A DNA stretch of 64,000 nucleotides from an uncultured Spirochaetaceae bacterium (GTDB taxonomy: Bacteria; Myxococcota_A; UBA9160; UBA4427): assembly GCA_964474355.1 (NCBI GenBank), contig CAYYSY010000172.1, forward strand, positions 16,526 to 80,525. The letters run 5' to 3'. The notes beneath the pieces were generated by a model. It did no database searches, was not told the origin of the DNA, and saw only the letters and a program-made list of their open reading frames with translations. Positions 48,196 to 57,240 of this stretch are shown here, piece after piece (within the stretch, counting starts at the first letter, position 1; every line of letters begins with the position of its first letter). Both the position numbers and the translations under genes were made by a program.

Positions 48196-48264
48196 GCGCA
48201 TGGCGCCATGTCGACCGCGTCCGCCATACGCCGCGCCAAGCCGAAGCGAGGGGTCGTCCGCTGA
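48168..48264. repeat. 69-bp-period in-frame duplication of the lpxA 3' end including the stop
   Basis: ggggtcgtccgcTGA at 48181-48195 and again at 48250-48264. The flanks are also similar (gaagagcgaacgc versus caagccgaagcga). Confidence 0.85.
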
Positions 48265-48370
48265 CGGCATCGAGCCACGCGCGAAGGAGGGGCGGCAGGG
48301 CGCGTCACCGAGCGGAGGCGGCCGCCCCGGCACCCTGTTAATCTCGCCCGCGGGCGGATCGGGGGGAGAA

Positions 48371-49222
48371 GTGCTGGGGCTGATCGCGGGCGAGGGGGCC
48401 TTTCCGATCGAGATCGCGCGCGCCGTGCGCGCCGCCGGTCAGCCCGTGCACGCGGTGGCCTTCGCCGAGCTCACCGACCCGAGCCTCGAGGGCCAGGTGT
48501 CCTCCATCGACTGGCTGCCGCTCGGCGCCGTCCGGCCGCTGCTCGACTCGCTGCACGGTGCCGGTGCCCACGACGTCGTGCTCGCCGGCAAGGTGGCCAA
48601 GACGCATCTCCATCGACCGGGCGTCCCCGTCGCCCCCGACCGCGAGGCGCTCGCGCTCTTCGCGAGCCTCGACGATCGCGCCGACGGCCGGCTGCTCTCG
48701 GCCCTGGCCGATCTGCTCGAGGCCGAGGGCTTCGAGCTGAAGCCCCAGGCCGAGTGGGTGCCCGACTGGATCGCCCGGCCCGGGGTGCTCGGCGAGACCC
48801 GACCGACCGAGCGGCAGCGCCTCGACATCGCGCTGGGCGCACCGATCGCTCGCAGCATCGCCGATCTCGACGTCGGCCAGTGCGTCGCCGTCGAGGCGGG
48901 CACGGTGCTCGCCGTCGAAGCGATCGACGGCACCGATGCGACGATCGAGCGTGCCGGCCGACTCGGCGCAGGGGAGGGCGTGCTCGTCAAGCTCGCTCGC
49001 CCGGTGCAGGATCCGCGCTTCGACCTGCCGGCGGTCGGCCCGCGCACCCTCGACGCGATGGCGAAGGCCGGTCTGCGCGCGCTGGCGATCGAGGCAGGAC
49101 GCACCCTCGTGATCGGGGGGCACGATCTCGCGCGTCACGCCGACGCGCTGGGCATCGCCGTGGTCGGCATCGACCCGCGCGACGCGGCCGGCATGGGCGT
49201 GGACATGGGGATCGCTTCGTGA
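48371..49222 (+). CDS. lpxI: UDP-2,3-diacylglucosamine pyrophosphatase LpxI (DUF1009)
   Basis: (V)LGLIAGEGAFPIEIARAVRAAG...LAGKV...DVGQCVAVEAGTVLAVEAIDGTDATIERAG. GTG start with a GGGGGGAGAA RBS. An in-frame ATG at 48200 is possible but lies inside the duplicated lpxA tail. Confidence 0.8.
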   Translation: MLGLIAGEGAFPIEIARAVRAAGQPVHAVAFAELTDPSLEGQVSSIDWLPLGAVRPLLDSLHGAGAHDVVLAGKVAKTHLHRPGVPVAPDREALALFASLDDRADGRLLSALADLLEAEGFELKPQAEWVPDWIARPGVLGETRPTERQRLDIALGAPIARSIADLDVGQCVAVEAGTVLAVEAIDGTDATIERAGRLGAGEGVLVKLARPVQDPRFDLPAVGPRTLDAMAKAGLRALAIEAGRTLVIGGHDLARHADALGIAVVGIDPRDAAGMGVDMGIAS

Positions 49223-49260
49223 GGAGCGCACGGGCGGGGGGCATCGGCGTGCAAGGGCGC

Positions 49261-49336
49261 ATGGGCGAGGGCCGTGCCGACGTGAAGGACCGTATTCATG
49301 GCGGCGAGGGCCGGGCCGTCGTGAAGGACCGCATTC
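49261..49336. repeat. two copies (37 and 39 bp) of the oxidoreductase start region
   Basis: atgggcgagggccgtgccgacGTGAaggaccgtattc / atggcggcgagggccgggccgtcGTGAaggaccgcattc, 34 of 37 identical. Both GTGs are in frame, 39 nt apart. Confidence 0.9.
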
Positions 49337-50283
49337 GTGTCGGCGTGATCGGCGTGGGCTACATGGGCCGGCTGCATGCCGAGAAGCTCGCCGCGCTCGC
49401 GCTCGACGACGAGGGGCTCGAGTTCGTCGGCGTCGCGGACGTCCGCCCCGAGCGCGCGCGCGGTGTCGCGAACCGGCTCGAGACGTCGGCGTGGCCCGAC
49501 CATCGCCCGGTGTTCGAGCAGGCGGACGCGGTCGTGGTGGCCGTGCCGACGGTCAGCCACTTCGACATCGTGCGCGACGCGCTCCATGCCGGCGTCGACG
49601 TGCTGGTCGAGAAGCCCATCGCCGCGACCCTCGACGAGGCAGAGCAGCTGCTCGCGCTCGCGCGTGCCGGCGAGCGCATCCTGCAGGTCGGCCATCTCGA
49701 GTGGTTCAACGGCGCAATGAGCGTGATCCGCGAGCACATCCGCGCGCCGCGCTTCATCGAGGTGCACCGGCTCGGGCCCTTTCCCGATCGGGCGACCGAC
49801 ATCGACGTGGTGCGCGACGTCATGATCCACGACCTCGACATCCTGCAGCAGACCCTCGGCGAGGCGCCGGCCGAGATCGACGCAGTGGGCGTGCCGATCC
49901 TCTCGCCCGAGGTCGACATCGCGAACGCGCGGCTGCGCTTCCCCGGCGGCTGCGTCGCGAACCTGACCGCGTCGCGTGTCACGAGCACGCCGACGCGCAA
50001 GATCCGCTTCTTCCAGCCCGATGCCTACTTCTCGGTCGACTTCCTCGAGCAGGCGGCGGTCGCGATCCGTCGTGAGCCGGGCGAGGCCGGGGCCCCGGGC
50101 GCGATGAAGCTCGAGAAGCTCGACGTCGATCGGGGCGATGCGCTCGTCGCGCAGCTGCGGGACTTCATCGGCGCCGTGCGCACCCGTCAGCGCCCGGAGG
50201 TCGACGGAGTCGATGGCCTCGATGCACTGCGCACGGCGGGGCGCGTGATCGAGGCGATGGGGCCCGTGGGCGTGCTCGACTGA
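49321..50283 (+). CDS. Gfo/Idh/MocA-family NAD(P)-dependent oxidoreductase
   Basis: (V)KDRIRVGVIGVGYMGRLHAEK Rossmann N-terminus, later EKPIA. Alternative in-frame starts at GTG 49282 and ATG 49261 lie in the duplicated copy. Confidence 0.8.
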   Translation: MKDRIRVGVIGVGYMGRLHAEKLAALALDDEGLEFVGVADVRPERARGVANRLETSAWPDHRPVFEQADAVVVAVPTVSHFDIVRDALHAGVDVLVEKPIAATLDEAEQLLALARAGERILQVGHLEWFNGAMSVIREHIRAPRFIEVHRLGPFPDRATDIDVVRDVMIHDLDILQQTLGEAPAEIDAVGVPILSPEVDIANARLRFPGGCVANLTASRVTSTPTRKIRFFQPDAYFSVDFLEQAAVAIRREPGEAGAPGAMKLEKLDVDRGDALVAQLRDFIGAVRTRQRPEVDGVDGLDALRTAGRVIEAMGPVGVLD

Positions 50284-50313
50284 GACGGGTCGGCCGCTCT
50301 CCACCGCACGTGG

Positions 50314-50365
50314 CCCGTAGAGAGAGCCCGTAGAGAAAGCCCGTAGAGAGAGTCCGTAGAGAGAT
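50314..50365. repeat. 4 x 13-bp tandem repeat between the oxidoreductase gene and lpxB
   Basis: cccgTAGagagag / cccgTAGagaaag / cccgTAGagagag / tccgTAGagagat. The TAGs at 50318, 50331, 50344 and 50357 cover all three + frames. Confidence 0.95.
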
Positions 50366-50371
50366 TCCGCC

Positions 50372-51559
50372 ATGCCCCCCCCTCCCGGTGCGACGCGCCG
50401 CATCCTCTTCTCCGCGGGCGACGTGTCGGGCGATCTCCACGGCGCCGCCCTCGCTGCCCGACTCCGCGAGCGCCGAGGCGACCTCGAGCTCGCCGGCCTC
50501 GGCGGCCGCGCGATGCAGGCGGCCGGCGTCGAGCTCGTCGCCTCGAGCGATGCACTGGCGATCGGCGGTCTCGTCGAGGTGCTGCGCGCGCTCCGCGCCG
50601 TGCACGCCACGCGGCGGGCGCTCCTCGAGCACGCGCGCGCGCATCCCCCCGACCTCGTCGTGCTGATCGACTCGGGCGGGTTCAACCTGCCGCTGGCACG
50701 CGCGCTTCGCCGCCGCTGCGAGGCGAAGATCCTCTACTTCGTGGCGCCCCAGGTCTGGGCGTGGCGGCGCGGACGCATTCGCAAGCTCGCGCGCCGCGTC
50801 GATCGCGCTGCCGTGATCCTGCCCTTCGAGGCGGAGCACTACGCGGGGACCGGCCTGACGGTCGACTTCGTGGGCCATCCGCTCGTCGACGAGCTCGCGG
50901 CGGAGGGCGCCGCCGGGTCGGAGGCGAAGCGATCGAGTGCACGCGCGCGACTCGGCGTCGAGGGCGATGCGCTGGTCGTCGCGCTGATGCCGGGGAGCCG
51001 GCGCAACGAGGTCGACGCGCATCTGCCGATGCAGCTCGAGGCCGTGGCGCGGCTGCGCGAGCGGTGGCCGGATCTGCGCGCGCTCGTCGCCGTCGCGCCT
51101 TCGATCGAGCGAGGCCGCATCGACGCGCTCGTCGCTGCCGCGCCGGGTGAGGTCGGGGCCGCCGTCCGCATCGTCGAGGGCGACTCGCGCGGCGTGCTGC
51201 GTGCGGCGGACGCGGCCCTGCTGAAGCCGGGCACGGTCACCACCGAGGCGATGCTGCTCGGCGTGCCCATGGTGGTGATGGCACGCGCGCACCCGCTGAC
51301 GGCCGCCGTCGTGCGGCGTCTCCTGCGCGTCCCACACCTCGCCATGCCGAATCTGGTGGCGGGGCGCCGCATCGTGCCCGAATACTGGCAGGAAGAGGCC
51401 ACGCCCGGTGGCCTGGCCGATGCACTCGCCGGGCTGCTCGGTGGCCCGGAGCGCGAAGCACAGCTGGTGGCGCTCGGCGACGCGGCCGAACGGCTCGGCC
51501 CCGGCGGCGCCATCGATCGGGCGGCGGACGTCGCGCTCTCGATGCTCGACGAGCGCTGA
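50372..51559 (+). CDS. lpxB: lipid-A-disaccharide synthase
   Basis: RILFSAGDVSGDLHGAAL..., VDFVGHPL, PGSR..E, KPGTVTTEAMLLGVPMVV. Confidence 0.9.
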   Translation: MPPPPGATRRILFSAGDVSGDLHGAALAARLRERRGDLELAGLGGRAMQAAGVELVASSDALAIGGLVEVLRALRAVHATRRALLEHARAHPPDLVVLIDSGGFNLPLARALRRRCEAKILYFVAPQVWAWRRGRIRKLARRVDRAAVILPFEAEHYAGTGLTVDFVGHPLVDELAAEGAAGSEAKRSSARARLGVEGDALVVALMPGSRRNEVDAHLPMQLEAVARLRERWPDLRALVAVAPSIERGRIDALVAAAPGEVGAAVRIVEGDSRGVLRAADAALLKPGTVTTEAMLLGVPMVVMARAHPLTAAVVRRLLRVPHLAMPNLVAGRRIVPEYWQEEATPGGLADALAGLLGGPEREAQLVALGDAAERLGPGGAIDRAADVALSMLDER

Positions 51560-51599
51560 GACTACTTCGAGAGGCGAGAGCCAGAGAGGAGAGACGCCC

Positions 51600-54140
51600 G
51601 TGCGCTGGATCGGCCATGGCCTCATCGCTTTCGCGACACTGCTGCTCGCTCCGATCGCCCTGGTCGCGGCGCTCGCGCGTCCGACCTGGCGAGCCGGGCT
51701 GCGCGAGCGGCTGCTCGCGCCACGGCGGCGCGCGGACCGGCCGATCTGGATCCACGCGGCGAGCGTCGGCGAGGCGGCGGCGGCCGACGCGCTGATCGAC
51801 GGACTGGGGCCGAAGGCGCCCCCGCTCTTCCTCACGGCACAGACGATGACCGGACGCGCTCGGCTCTCTGCTCGCCACCCCGAGCACTCCTGCCGGCTCG
51901 TCCCCTTCGATCACCCCTGGCTCACGGGCCGCGCGCTCGCGCGCGTGCGTCCACGGGCGCTGGTGCTGGTCGAGACCGAGGTGTGGCCGGCGCTCGTCGC
52001 GGCCGCCCATCGTCACGGGGTACCGGTGGTCGTCGTCTCCGGGCGGATATCCGAGCGCGGGTATCGGGCACGGCACGAGCTCGCGCCGCTCTTTCACGGC
52101 ACGTTCTCGAGGCTGGCGGCGGTCGGGGCGCGCACGCGCGAGGACGCCGACCGATTCGTCGCGCTGGGCACGCCCGAGACGCGGGTGCGCGTCACGGGCG
52201 ACCTCAAGTGGGTGAAGCCGCCCGAGCGAGCGCCGGTCGCGGACGAGATCATGCGTTGGATCTCGCGCCACCCGACGGTCGTGCTGGGCAGCACCCACCC
52301 CGACGAGACCGGTGAGCTCGTCGCGGCCATCGAGGTGGTGCGCGCGCGCGGCCGCGACGTGCAGTGGCTATGGGCGCCTCGGCATCCGGGCGGTGCGGAG
52401 GCGCTGCTTCGCCGGCTCGATCGCGCGGGCGTGCGCGCCGTCCTGCGCTCTCGGCTCGACGCCGAAGCGCGCGAGAGCGTCGACGTGCTCGTGCTCGACA
52501 CCCTCGGCGAGCTGCGCGCCATCTGGCCGCAGGGAATGCTGGCCGTGGTCGGCGGCACCTTCGGCGCCACCGGTGGCCACGATCTGCTCGAGCCCGTCCA
52601 CGCAGGACGCCCGGTGCTCTTCGGGCCGAATACGTCGGGCGTCGCCGCGATGGCGCGCGCGCTGGTCGACGCCGGCGCGGCGATCCAGGTGGGCGACGGC
52701 GCAGCGCTCGGTGGTGAGATCGCGCGTCTGCTCGATGCGGCGCCTGAGCGCGCCGATCGCGTGTCGCGGGGCACCGCGCTCCTCGAGGCCGGTCGCGCGG
52801 CCCTCGACGCGCACGTGAAGCTCGTCCGCGACGCCGCGGCCGGGCGGCTGCCGGTGGCGCCCGAGGCCGAGCGGCTCGCGCTCGCTTCGACCGAGGCGCC
52901 CCGTGGCCTGTACTCGCGCACGGGCCCCGCCGCGCTTGCGCCCGTGCGCGCCGTGCTCGTGCTCGCGTCGCAGCTCTACGCCTGGGCTGCCCGGCTCGAC
53001 CGCCGCACCGGGCGTCTGGGCACGCGCCGCACGATGCGGCTCCCCTGCGCCGTCGTGTCGGTGGGCGGCTGGCTCGCCGGCGGCGCGGCGAAGACCCCCG
53101 TCACGCTGTGGCTGGCCCGGGCGCTCCGCGACCGGGGCCATCGCGTGGTGGTCGTCACCCGGGGCCACGGCGTCCGCCTCGGTCGCCGGCGCGTCGAGAT
53201 CGCGTCCCACGGTGCGGGGCCCTGTGCGCCGGCCGAGCAGGTCGGCGACGAGGCGCTCGTCATCGCTCGCCACGCGGAGGGCGTGCCGGTGCTCGTGGCG
53301 CGCGACCGCTACCGGGCGGGGCTCTGCGCGGTGGCCGAGTTCGACTGCGAGGTGCTGCTGCTCGACGACGGCTTTCAGCACTTCGCGCTGCACCGCGATC
53401 TCGACCTCGTCTGCCTCGACGCCGCAATCGGCCTCGGCAACGGACGCGTCCTGCCGGCGGGCCCGCTGCGCGAGTCGCCGCGTGCGTGGCAGCGTGCGGA
53501 CGCTCTCGTCGTCACCGGCGGACCGCTCGACGACACCGATGTCGAAGCGATCGAGTCGCACGCGCCGGGGCTTCGCCGATTCGCGGGCGAGCGTGGCGTG
53601 CGCGGCTGGCGGGGGCAGAGGACGGGCGAGGCGCTGGCGCCGGACGGGCTGGCGGGGCAACGCGTGGGGCTGCTCGCGGCGCTCGCCGATCCTTCGGGCT
53701 TTCGCGCGCTCGCCGAGCGCTGCGGCGTCGAGGTGGGCGCGGTGCGCCTGGCCCCCGATCATCACGCGTGGCGGCGCGAGGAGATCGCCTCGCTCGGTCG
53801 CCGCCGCTGCACGATCTGGATCACGACCGAGAAGGACGCCGTGAAGATCGACCCCGCATGGCTCGGCCCCGGCGTCGCGCTCTTCGTGCTCGAGATGGAC
53901 TGGGAGCCCGCCGCGCTGCCCTCGCTCACGCGCTTCGTCGAGCGCCGCTGCGGGCTGGAGCGCCGCGGCCAGGTGGAGCGCTGCGGCGAGGTGGAGCGCC
54001 GCGGCCAGGTGGAGCGCCGCGGCCAGGTGGAGCGCCGCGGCCAGGGGTCGAAGACCCGGACGGCGCCCGCCGCCTCGGATCAGCGAGCCCCGAGCGCGCC
54101 GGCCAACGACTCGCTCCAGCGGGCGGTCGGCTCGCAATAG
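51600..54140 (+). CDS. apparent fusion: Kdo transferase (WaaA/KdtA) + tetraacyldisaccharide 4'-kinase (LpxK)
   Basis: N-terminal half: IWIHAASVGEAAAADALI..., GGTF...GGHDLLEP (WaaA). C-terminal half: VVSVGGWLAGGAAKTPVTLWLARALRDRGHRVVVVTRGHG (LpxK P-loop), LLDDGFQH. There is no stop codon between the halves. GTG start with a GAGAGGAGAG RBS. Confidence 0.8.
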   Translation: MRWIGHGLIAFATLLLAPIALVAALARPTWRAGLRERLLAPRRRADRPIWIHAASVGEAAAADALIDGLGPKAPPLFLTAQTMTGRARLSARHPEHSCRLVPFDHPWLTGRALARVRPRALVLVETEVWPALVAAAHRHGVPVVVVSGRISERGYRARHELAPLFHGTFSRLAAVGARTREDADRFVALGTPETRVRVTGDLKWVKPPERAPVADEIMRWISRHPTVVLGSTHPDETGELVAAIEVVRARGRDVQWLWAPRHPGGAEALLRRLDRAGVRAVLRSRLDAEARESVDVLVLDTLGELRAIWPQGMLAVVGGTFGATGGHDLLEPVHAGRPVLFGPNTSGVAAMARALVDAGAAIQVGDGAALGGEIARLLDAAPERADRVSRGTALLEAGRAALDAHVKLVRDAAAGRLPVAPEAERLALASTEAPRGLYSRTGPAALAPVRAVLVLASQLYAWAARLDRRTGRLGTRRTMRLPCAVVSVGGWLAGGAAKTPVTLWLARALRDRGHRVVVVTRGHGVRLGRRRVEIASHGAGPCAPAEQVGDEALVIARHAEGVPVLVARDRYRAGLCAVAEFDCEVLLLDDGFQHFALHRDLDLVCLDAAIGLGNGRVLPAGPLRESPRAWQRADALVVTGGPLDDTDVEAIESHAPGLRRFAGERGVRGWRGQRTGEALAPDGLAGQRVGLLAALADPSGFRALAERCGVEVGAVRLAPDHHAWRREEIASLGRRRCTIWITTEKDAVKIDPAWLGPGVALFVLEMDWEPAALPSLTRFVERRCGLERRGQVERCGEVERRGQVERRGQVERRGQGSKTRTAPAASDQRAPSAPANDSLQRAVGSQ
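53955..54044. repeat. 5 x 18-bp in-frame tandem repeat in the C-terminal tail of the WaaA-LpxK ORF
   Basis: ctggagcgccgcggccag, gtggagcgctgcggcgag, then gtggagcgccgcggccag x3. Peptide LERRGQ VERCGE (VERRGQ)x3. Confidence 0.95.
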
Positions 54141-54937
54141 GCGTCGACGAGCACCTTCCAGCCCGATTCGAGGGCCGGGCGCGCTTCGGGGCGACGCTCG
54201 ATCGATCGCCGCAGCCGAGTGAGCTCTCGGCGCCGTCGCGATGGCGCGGCCGGCGTCCCGGCGTGGCCCCCCTGCAGGTCGATGACCCTGACCGACATGT
54301 CCGTGGGATCGTGCAGCAGATTCGTCACCGCGAGATCGGCGTGACCGCCGCCGGCATCGTGGAACGCGCGAATCGTCTGACCGAAGCGCCGGCAGAGATC
54401 GCTGACCTCGCCGCTCACGCGCATGCCGCGGTCGCGCTCGAGCGCGTGGGCGAGCGCGCTGGCGCCGTCGAGCGCGTGCTGCACGAAGACCGTCCCGACG
54501 ATGGCCCGCCAGCCGAGGGCGTCGCGCAGGCCGGCGGCGACGACGGGCTCGAGCACCGGTGCACCGCGCCGGTGCAGCTCGGCCGTGACCTCGATCTCGT
54601 GGGCGACCCGGGCGAAGCGCGGCACGCGGCCGGCGAAGAGCGGGCCGAGGGCGCCTCCCTTGAGCGCGCGCTTCACGAACACCGGACCCCGCTCGGTCTC
54701 GAGGATGCACGTGGCGGCGCGTCCCGCGTTGCGCGTTCGATCGGGCACGAGCCCGTCCGTCAGGGCGCCGAGCCGCGCGGCATCGGTGAGGCCCGCCGCG
54801 CGGAGCGCCTGCTCGTAGGTCGCCGCGACGAGCAGGCGTACGCGTCCCTCGCGCACGACGACGAAGGAGGGCGCTGCCTCGGGGTCGTCTGCGGGCTCGG
54901 CCGGAGCGGGGAGCGAGGCGGTCCGCGGGTCTTCCAC
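54080..54937 (-). CDS. lipopolysaccharide kinase (Kdo/WaaP) family protein, KdkA-like
   Basis: VFVKRALKGG..., catalytic-loop-like GGGHADLAVTNLLHDP, ...RVIDLQG. GTG start. Convergent, overlapping the WaaA-LpxK tail by 61 nt. Confidence 0.7.
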   Translation of the reverse strand: MEDPRTASLPAPAEPADDPEAAPSFVVVREGRVRLLVAATYEQALRAAGLTDAARLGALTDGLVPDRTRNAGRAATCILETERGPVFVKRALKGGALGPLFAGRVPRFARVAHEIEVTAELHRRGAPVLEPVVAAGLRDALGWRAIVGTVFVQHALDGASALAHALERDRGMRVSGEVSDLCRRFGQTIRAFHDAGGGHADLAVTNLLHDPTDMSVRVIDLQGGHAGTPAAPSRRRRELTRLRRSIERRPEARPALESGWKVLVDAYCEPTARWSESLAGALGAR

Positions 54938-55027
54938 GTCGGGGTATCCTACGGCGCACGCCCGGCCGGGACCACGACGCCGGGCTTCCGATCCGAACCG
55001 ACGAGGCGCGACATCCGCGAGCGAAGC

Positions 55028-56173
55028 GTGCAGAACCCGGGTGGGGCTTCCGGAGCGGCTCGGCCGGACGAGCCGCGCCGCGTGCTCGTCGTGCGCCTCG
55101 GCGCCTTCGGCGACGTCGTTCGGACGCTGCCCGCGGCCTTCGCGCTACGCAGGCGCCTGCCCGGGGCCCGGCTCGCGTGGCTCGTCGAGCCCGGCTCGGC
55201 GCCGCTGCTCGAGCGTCTGCCCTGGCTCGACGAGGTGCTGGTCTTCCCGCGCTCCGAGCTCGAGGCGGCGCTGGCCCGCTGGCGCGCGGGGGCGTTGCTC
55301 GGCCGTGGACTCGACGTCCGGCGGACGCTGCGCGATCGCGGCTTCGACTGCGTGGTCGACTTCCACGGCATCCTGAAGAGCGGCGTGCTCACGCGCTGCA
55401 CCGGGGCGGGCCGGCGCGTGGGGCTCGCGCCCGCGCACGTGCGTGAGGGCGCGGCCTTCTTCTACACCGAGCACGTCCGTCCGCCCGTCGATCCGTGCTC
55501 GCGGTGGGCGCGCAACGCCGCGCTCGCCGCGCAGCTCGGCGCGAGCGTCGATGCCACGCCGATCCCCGGCCTCGCGCCGAGCGACACCGCGCAGCCGCGC
55601 GGCAGGCACGCCGTGCTGCATCCCGGCTCGAGCGCCGGCACGCCGCACAAGCGTTATCCGGTGCAGCGGTTCGCGGAGGTCGCGCGCGTGCTCGCGCGCG
55701 AGCTCGGCGCGCCGTGCGTCGTCACGTGCGGCCCCGACCCCGTCGAGCGCGCGCGGGCGAGGGCGCTGGTCGAGCGCGCGGGCGACGCCGCGCAGGTCGC
55801 CGAGACGGGGGGCGATGTCGGCGCGTTGATCTCGCAGCTCTCGTCCGCGCGCGTGGTCGTGAGCGGCGACACCGGTCCGCTGCACCTCGCATCGCTGCTC
55901 GGCACGCCGGTCGTGCAGATCCTCGGTCCCACCCATCCGGTGCAGAACGAGCCCTGGCCGCACACGCCCTGGGCGCGCGCGCATCTGCCGCTGCCGTGCA
56001 GCCCGTGTCGCCGGGGCTGTGACGCCGCGCCCTGCATGGAGCTGCTCCCGGTCGCCGACATCGTGGACGCCGCGCGCCGGGCGCTCGCGTGGGCCTTCGC
56101 CGCCTCGCCGGCGCACGTCGCTCCGGCGAGCGCGGGCGCGCCGAAGCGGGCGTCGGCTGGAGTGCTCGCGTGA
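55028..56173 (+). CDS. glycosyltransferase family 9 (LPS heptosyltransferase)
   Basis: RVLVVRLGAFGDVVRTLPA..., HPGSSAGTPHKRYP, SGDTGPLHLASLLGTPVV. The GTG start is uncertain. Confidence 0.8.
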   Translation: MQNPGGASGAARPDEPRRVLVVRLGAFGDVVRTLPAAFALRRRLPGARLAWLVEPGSAPLLERLPWLDEVLVFPRSELEAALARWRAGALLGRGLDVRRTLRDRGFDCVVDFHGILKSGVLTRCTGAGRRVGLAPAHVREGAAFFYTEHVRPPVDPCSRWARNAALAAQLGASVDATPIPGLAPSDTAQPRGRHAVLHPGSSAGTPHKRYPVQRFAEVARVLARELGAPCVVTCGPDPVERARARALVERAGDAAQVAETGGDVGALISQLSSARVVVSGDTGPLHLASLLGTPVVQILGPTHPVQNEPWPHTPWARAHLPLPCSPCRRGCDAAPCMELLPVADIVDAARRALAWAFAASPAHVAPASAGAPKRASAGVLA

Positions 56174-57240
56174 GCGCGCTGGCCGACGCCGCTCGCATCG
56201 TCGTTCGTGCGCCGAACTGGCTCGGTGATCTCGTGATGGCGACGCCCGGGCTGCGCGCGCTCCGCAAGCACGTGCCCGACGCGCACGTGACCGTCCAGCT
56301 GCCCGCGGCGCTCGCGCCGCTGCTCGAGGGCTCGCCCCACGTCGACGCCATCGTCGCGATGGACGGACGGCCGCAGGGCGTGCGTGCGCTGTGGCGCGAG
56401 GCGCGCAGGCTGCGCGCCGCGGGCCCCTTCGACTACGGGGTGTGCCTGCCCGAGAGCCACTCGTCGGCCTTGATCCTGCGCGCGGCCGGGGTGCGGCGCG
56501 TCGGTGGCTTCGCGCGCGGCGGGCGGGGCTGGCTCCTGCACGACGCGATCGCGGCGCCGGCCGAGTGGGGACGCCGCCGCATGGTCGCGCGCGAGGTCTT
56601 CGTGCTGACCCTGCTCGAGCGGCTGGGCTGCCCCGGCGACGGCACGGCGCTCGAGCTGCACGCGACCGACGCTGCGGAGCGCACCGCGCAGCGGCTGCTC
56701 GATGGCCTCGGTCACGGGCGCCGGATCGTCGGGCTCGCCCCCGGTGCCTCGTTCGGTCCCTCGAAGCAATGGCCCGCGGCGTCCTTCGCGGAGCTCGCGG
56801 ATCGCTTCGCCGAGGCCGGCGACGACGTGGTGCTCGTGGGCTCGCCCGGCGAGCGTGATCTGGTCTCGCGGATCGGTGAGCGGATGCGGCACGAGGCGCG
56901 CTCGCTCGCCGGCGAGACGGGTCTCGGCGTGCTGCCCGCCGTCCTGCGGAGGCTCTCGCTGCTCGTCTGCAACGATGCCGGCGCGCGGCACGTCGCGGTG
57001 GCCTGCGGCGTGCCCACGACCGTCTTCATGGGGCCCACCGCGCTCGAGAAGACCGGCGAGAATCTCACGCAGGTGGCCGTGCTGACCCACGACGTGCCCT
57101 GCCGGCCCTGCTACCAACGCCACTGCCCCGTCGGCCACGAGTGCATGACGGGGATCACGCCCGGTCGCGCCTTCGACGCCGCGACGCGACTGCGCGCGGC
57201 GTGCGAGCAGGCGGCCACGACCCGACGGGAGTGCATGTGA
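56170..57240 (+). CDS. glycosyltransferase family 9 (LPS heptosyltransferase, WaaF-like)
   Basis: IVVRAPNWLGDLVMATPGLRAL, APGASFGPSKQWP, CNDAGARHVAVACGVPT. GTGA overlap with the previous gene. Confidence 0.8.
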   Translation: MSALADAARIVVRAPNWLGDLVMATPGLRALRKHVPDAHVTVQLPAALAPLLEGSPHVDAIVAMDGRPQGVRALWREARRLRAAGPFDYGVCLPESHSSALILRAAGVRRVGGFARGGRGWLLHDAIAAPAEWGRRRMVAREVFVLTLLERLGCPGDGTALELHATDAAERTAQRLLDGLGHGRRIVGLAPGASFGPSKQWPAASFAELADRFAEAGDDVVLVGSPGERDLVSRIGERMRHEARSLAGETGLGVLPAVLRRLSLLVCNDAGARHVAVACGVPTTVFMGPTALEKTGENLTQVAVLTHDVPCRPCYQRHCPVGHECMTGITPGRAFDAATRLRAACEQAATTRRECM

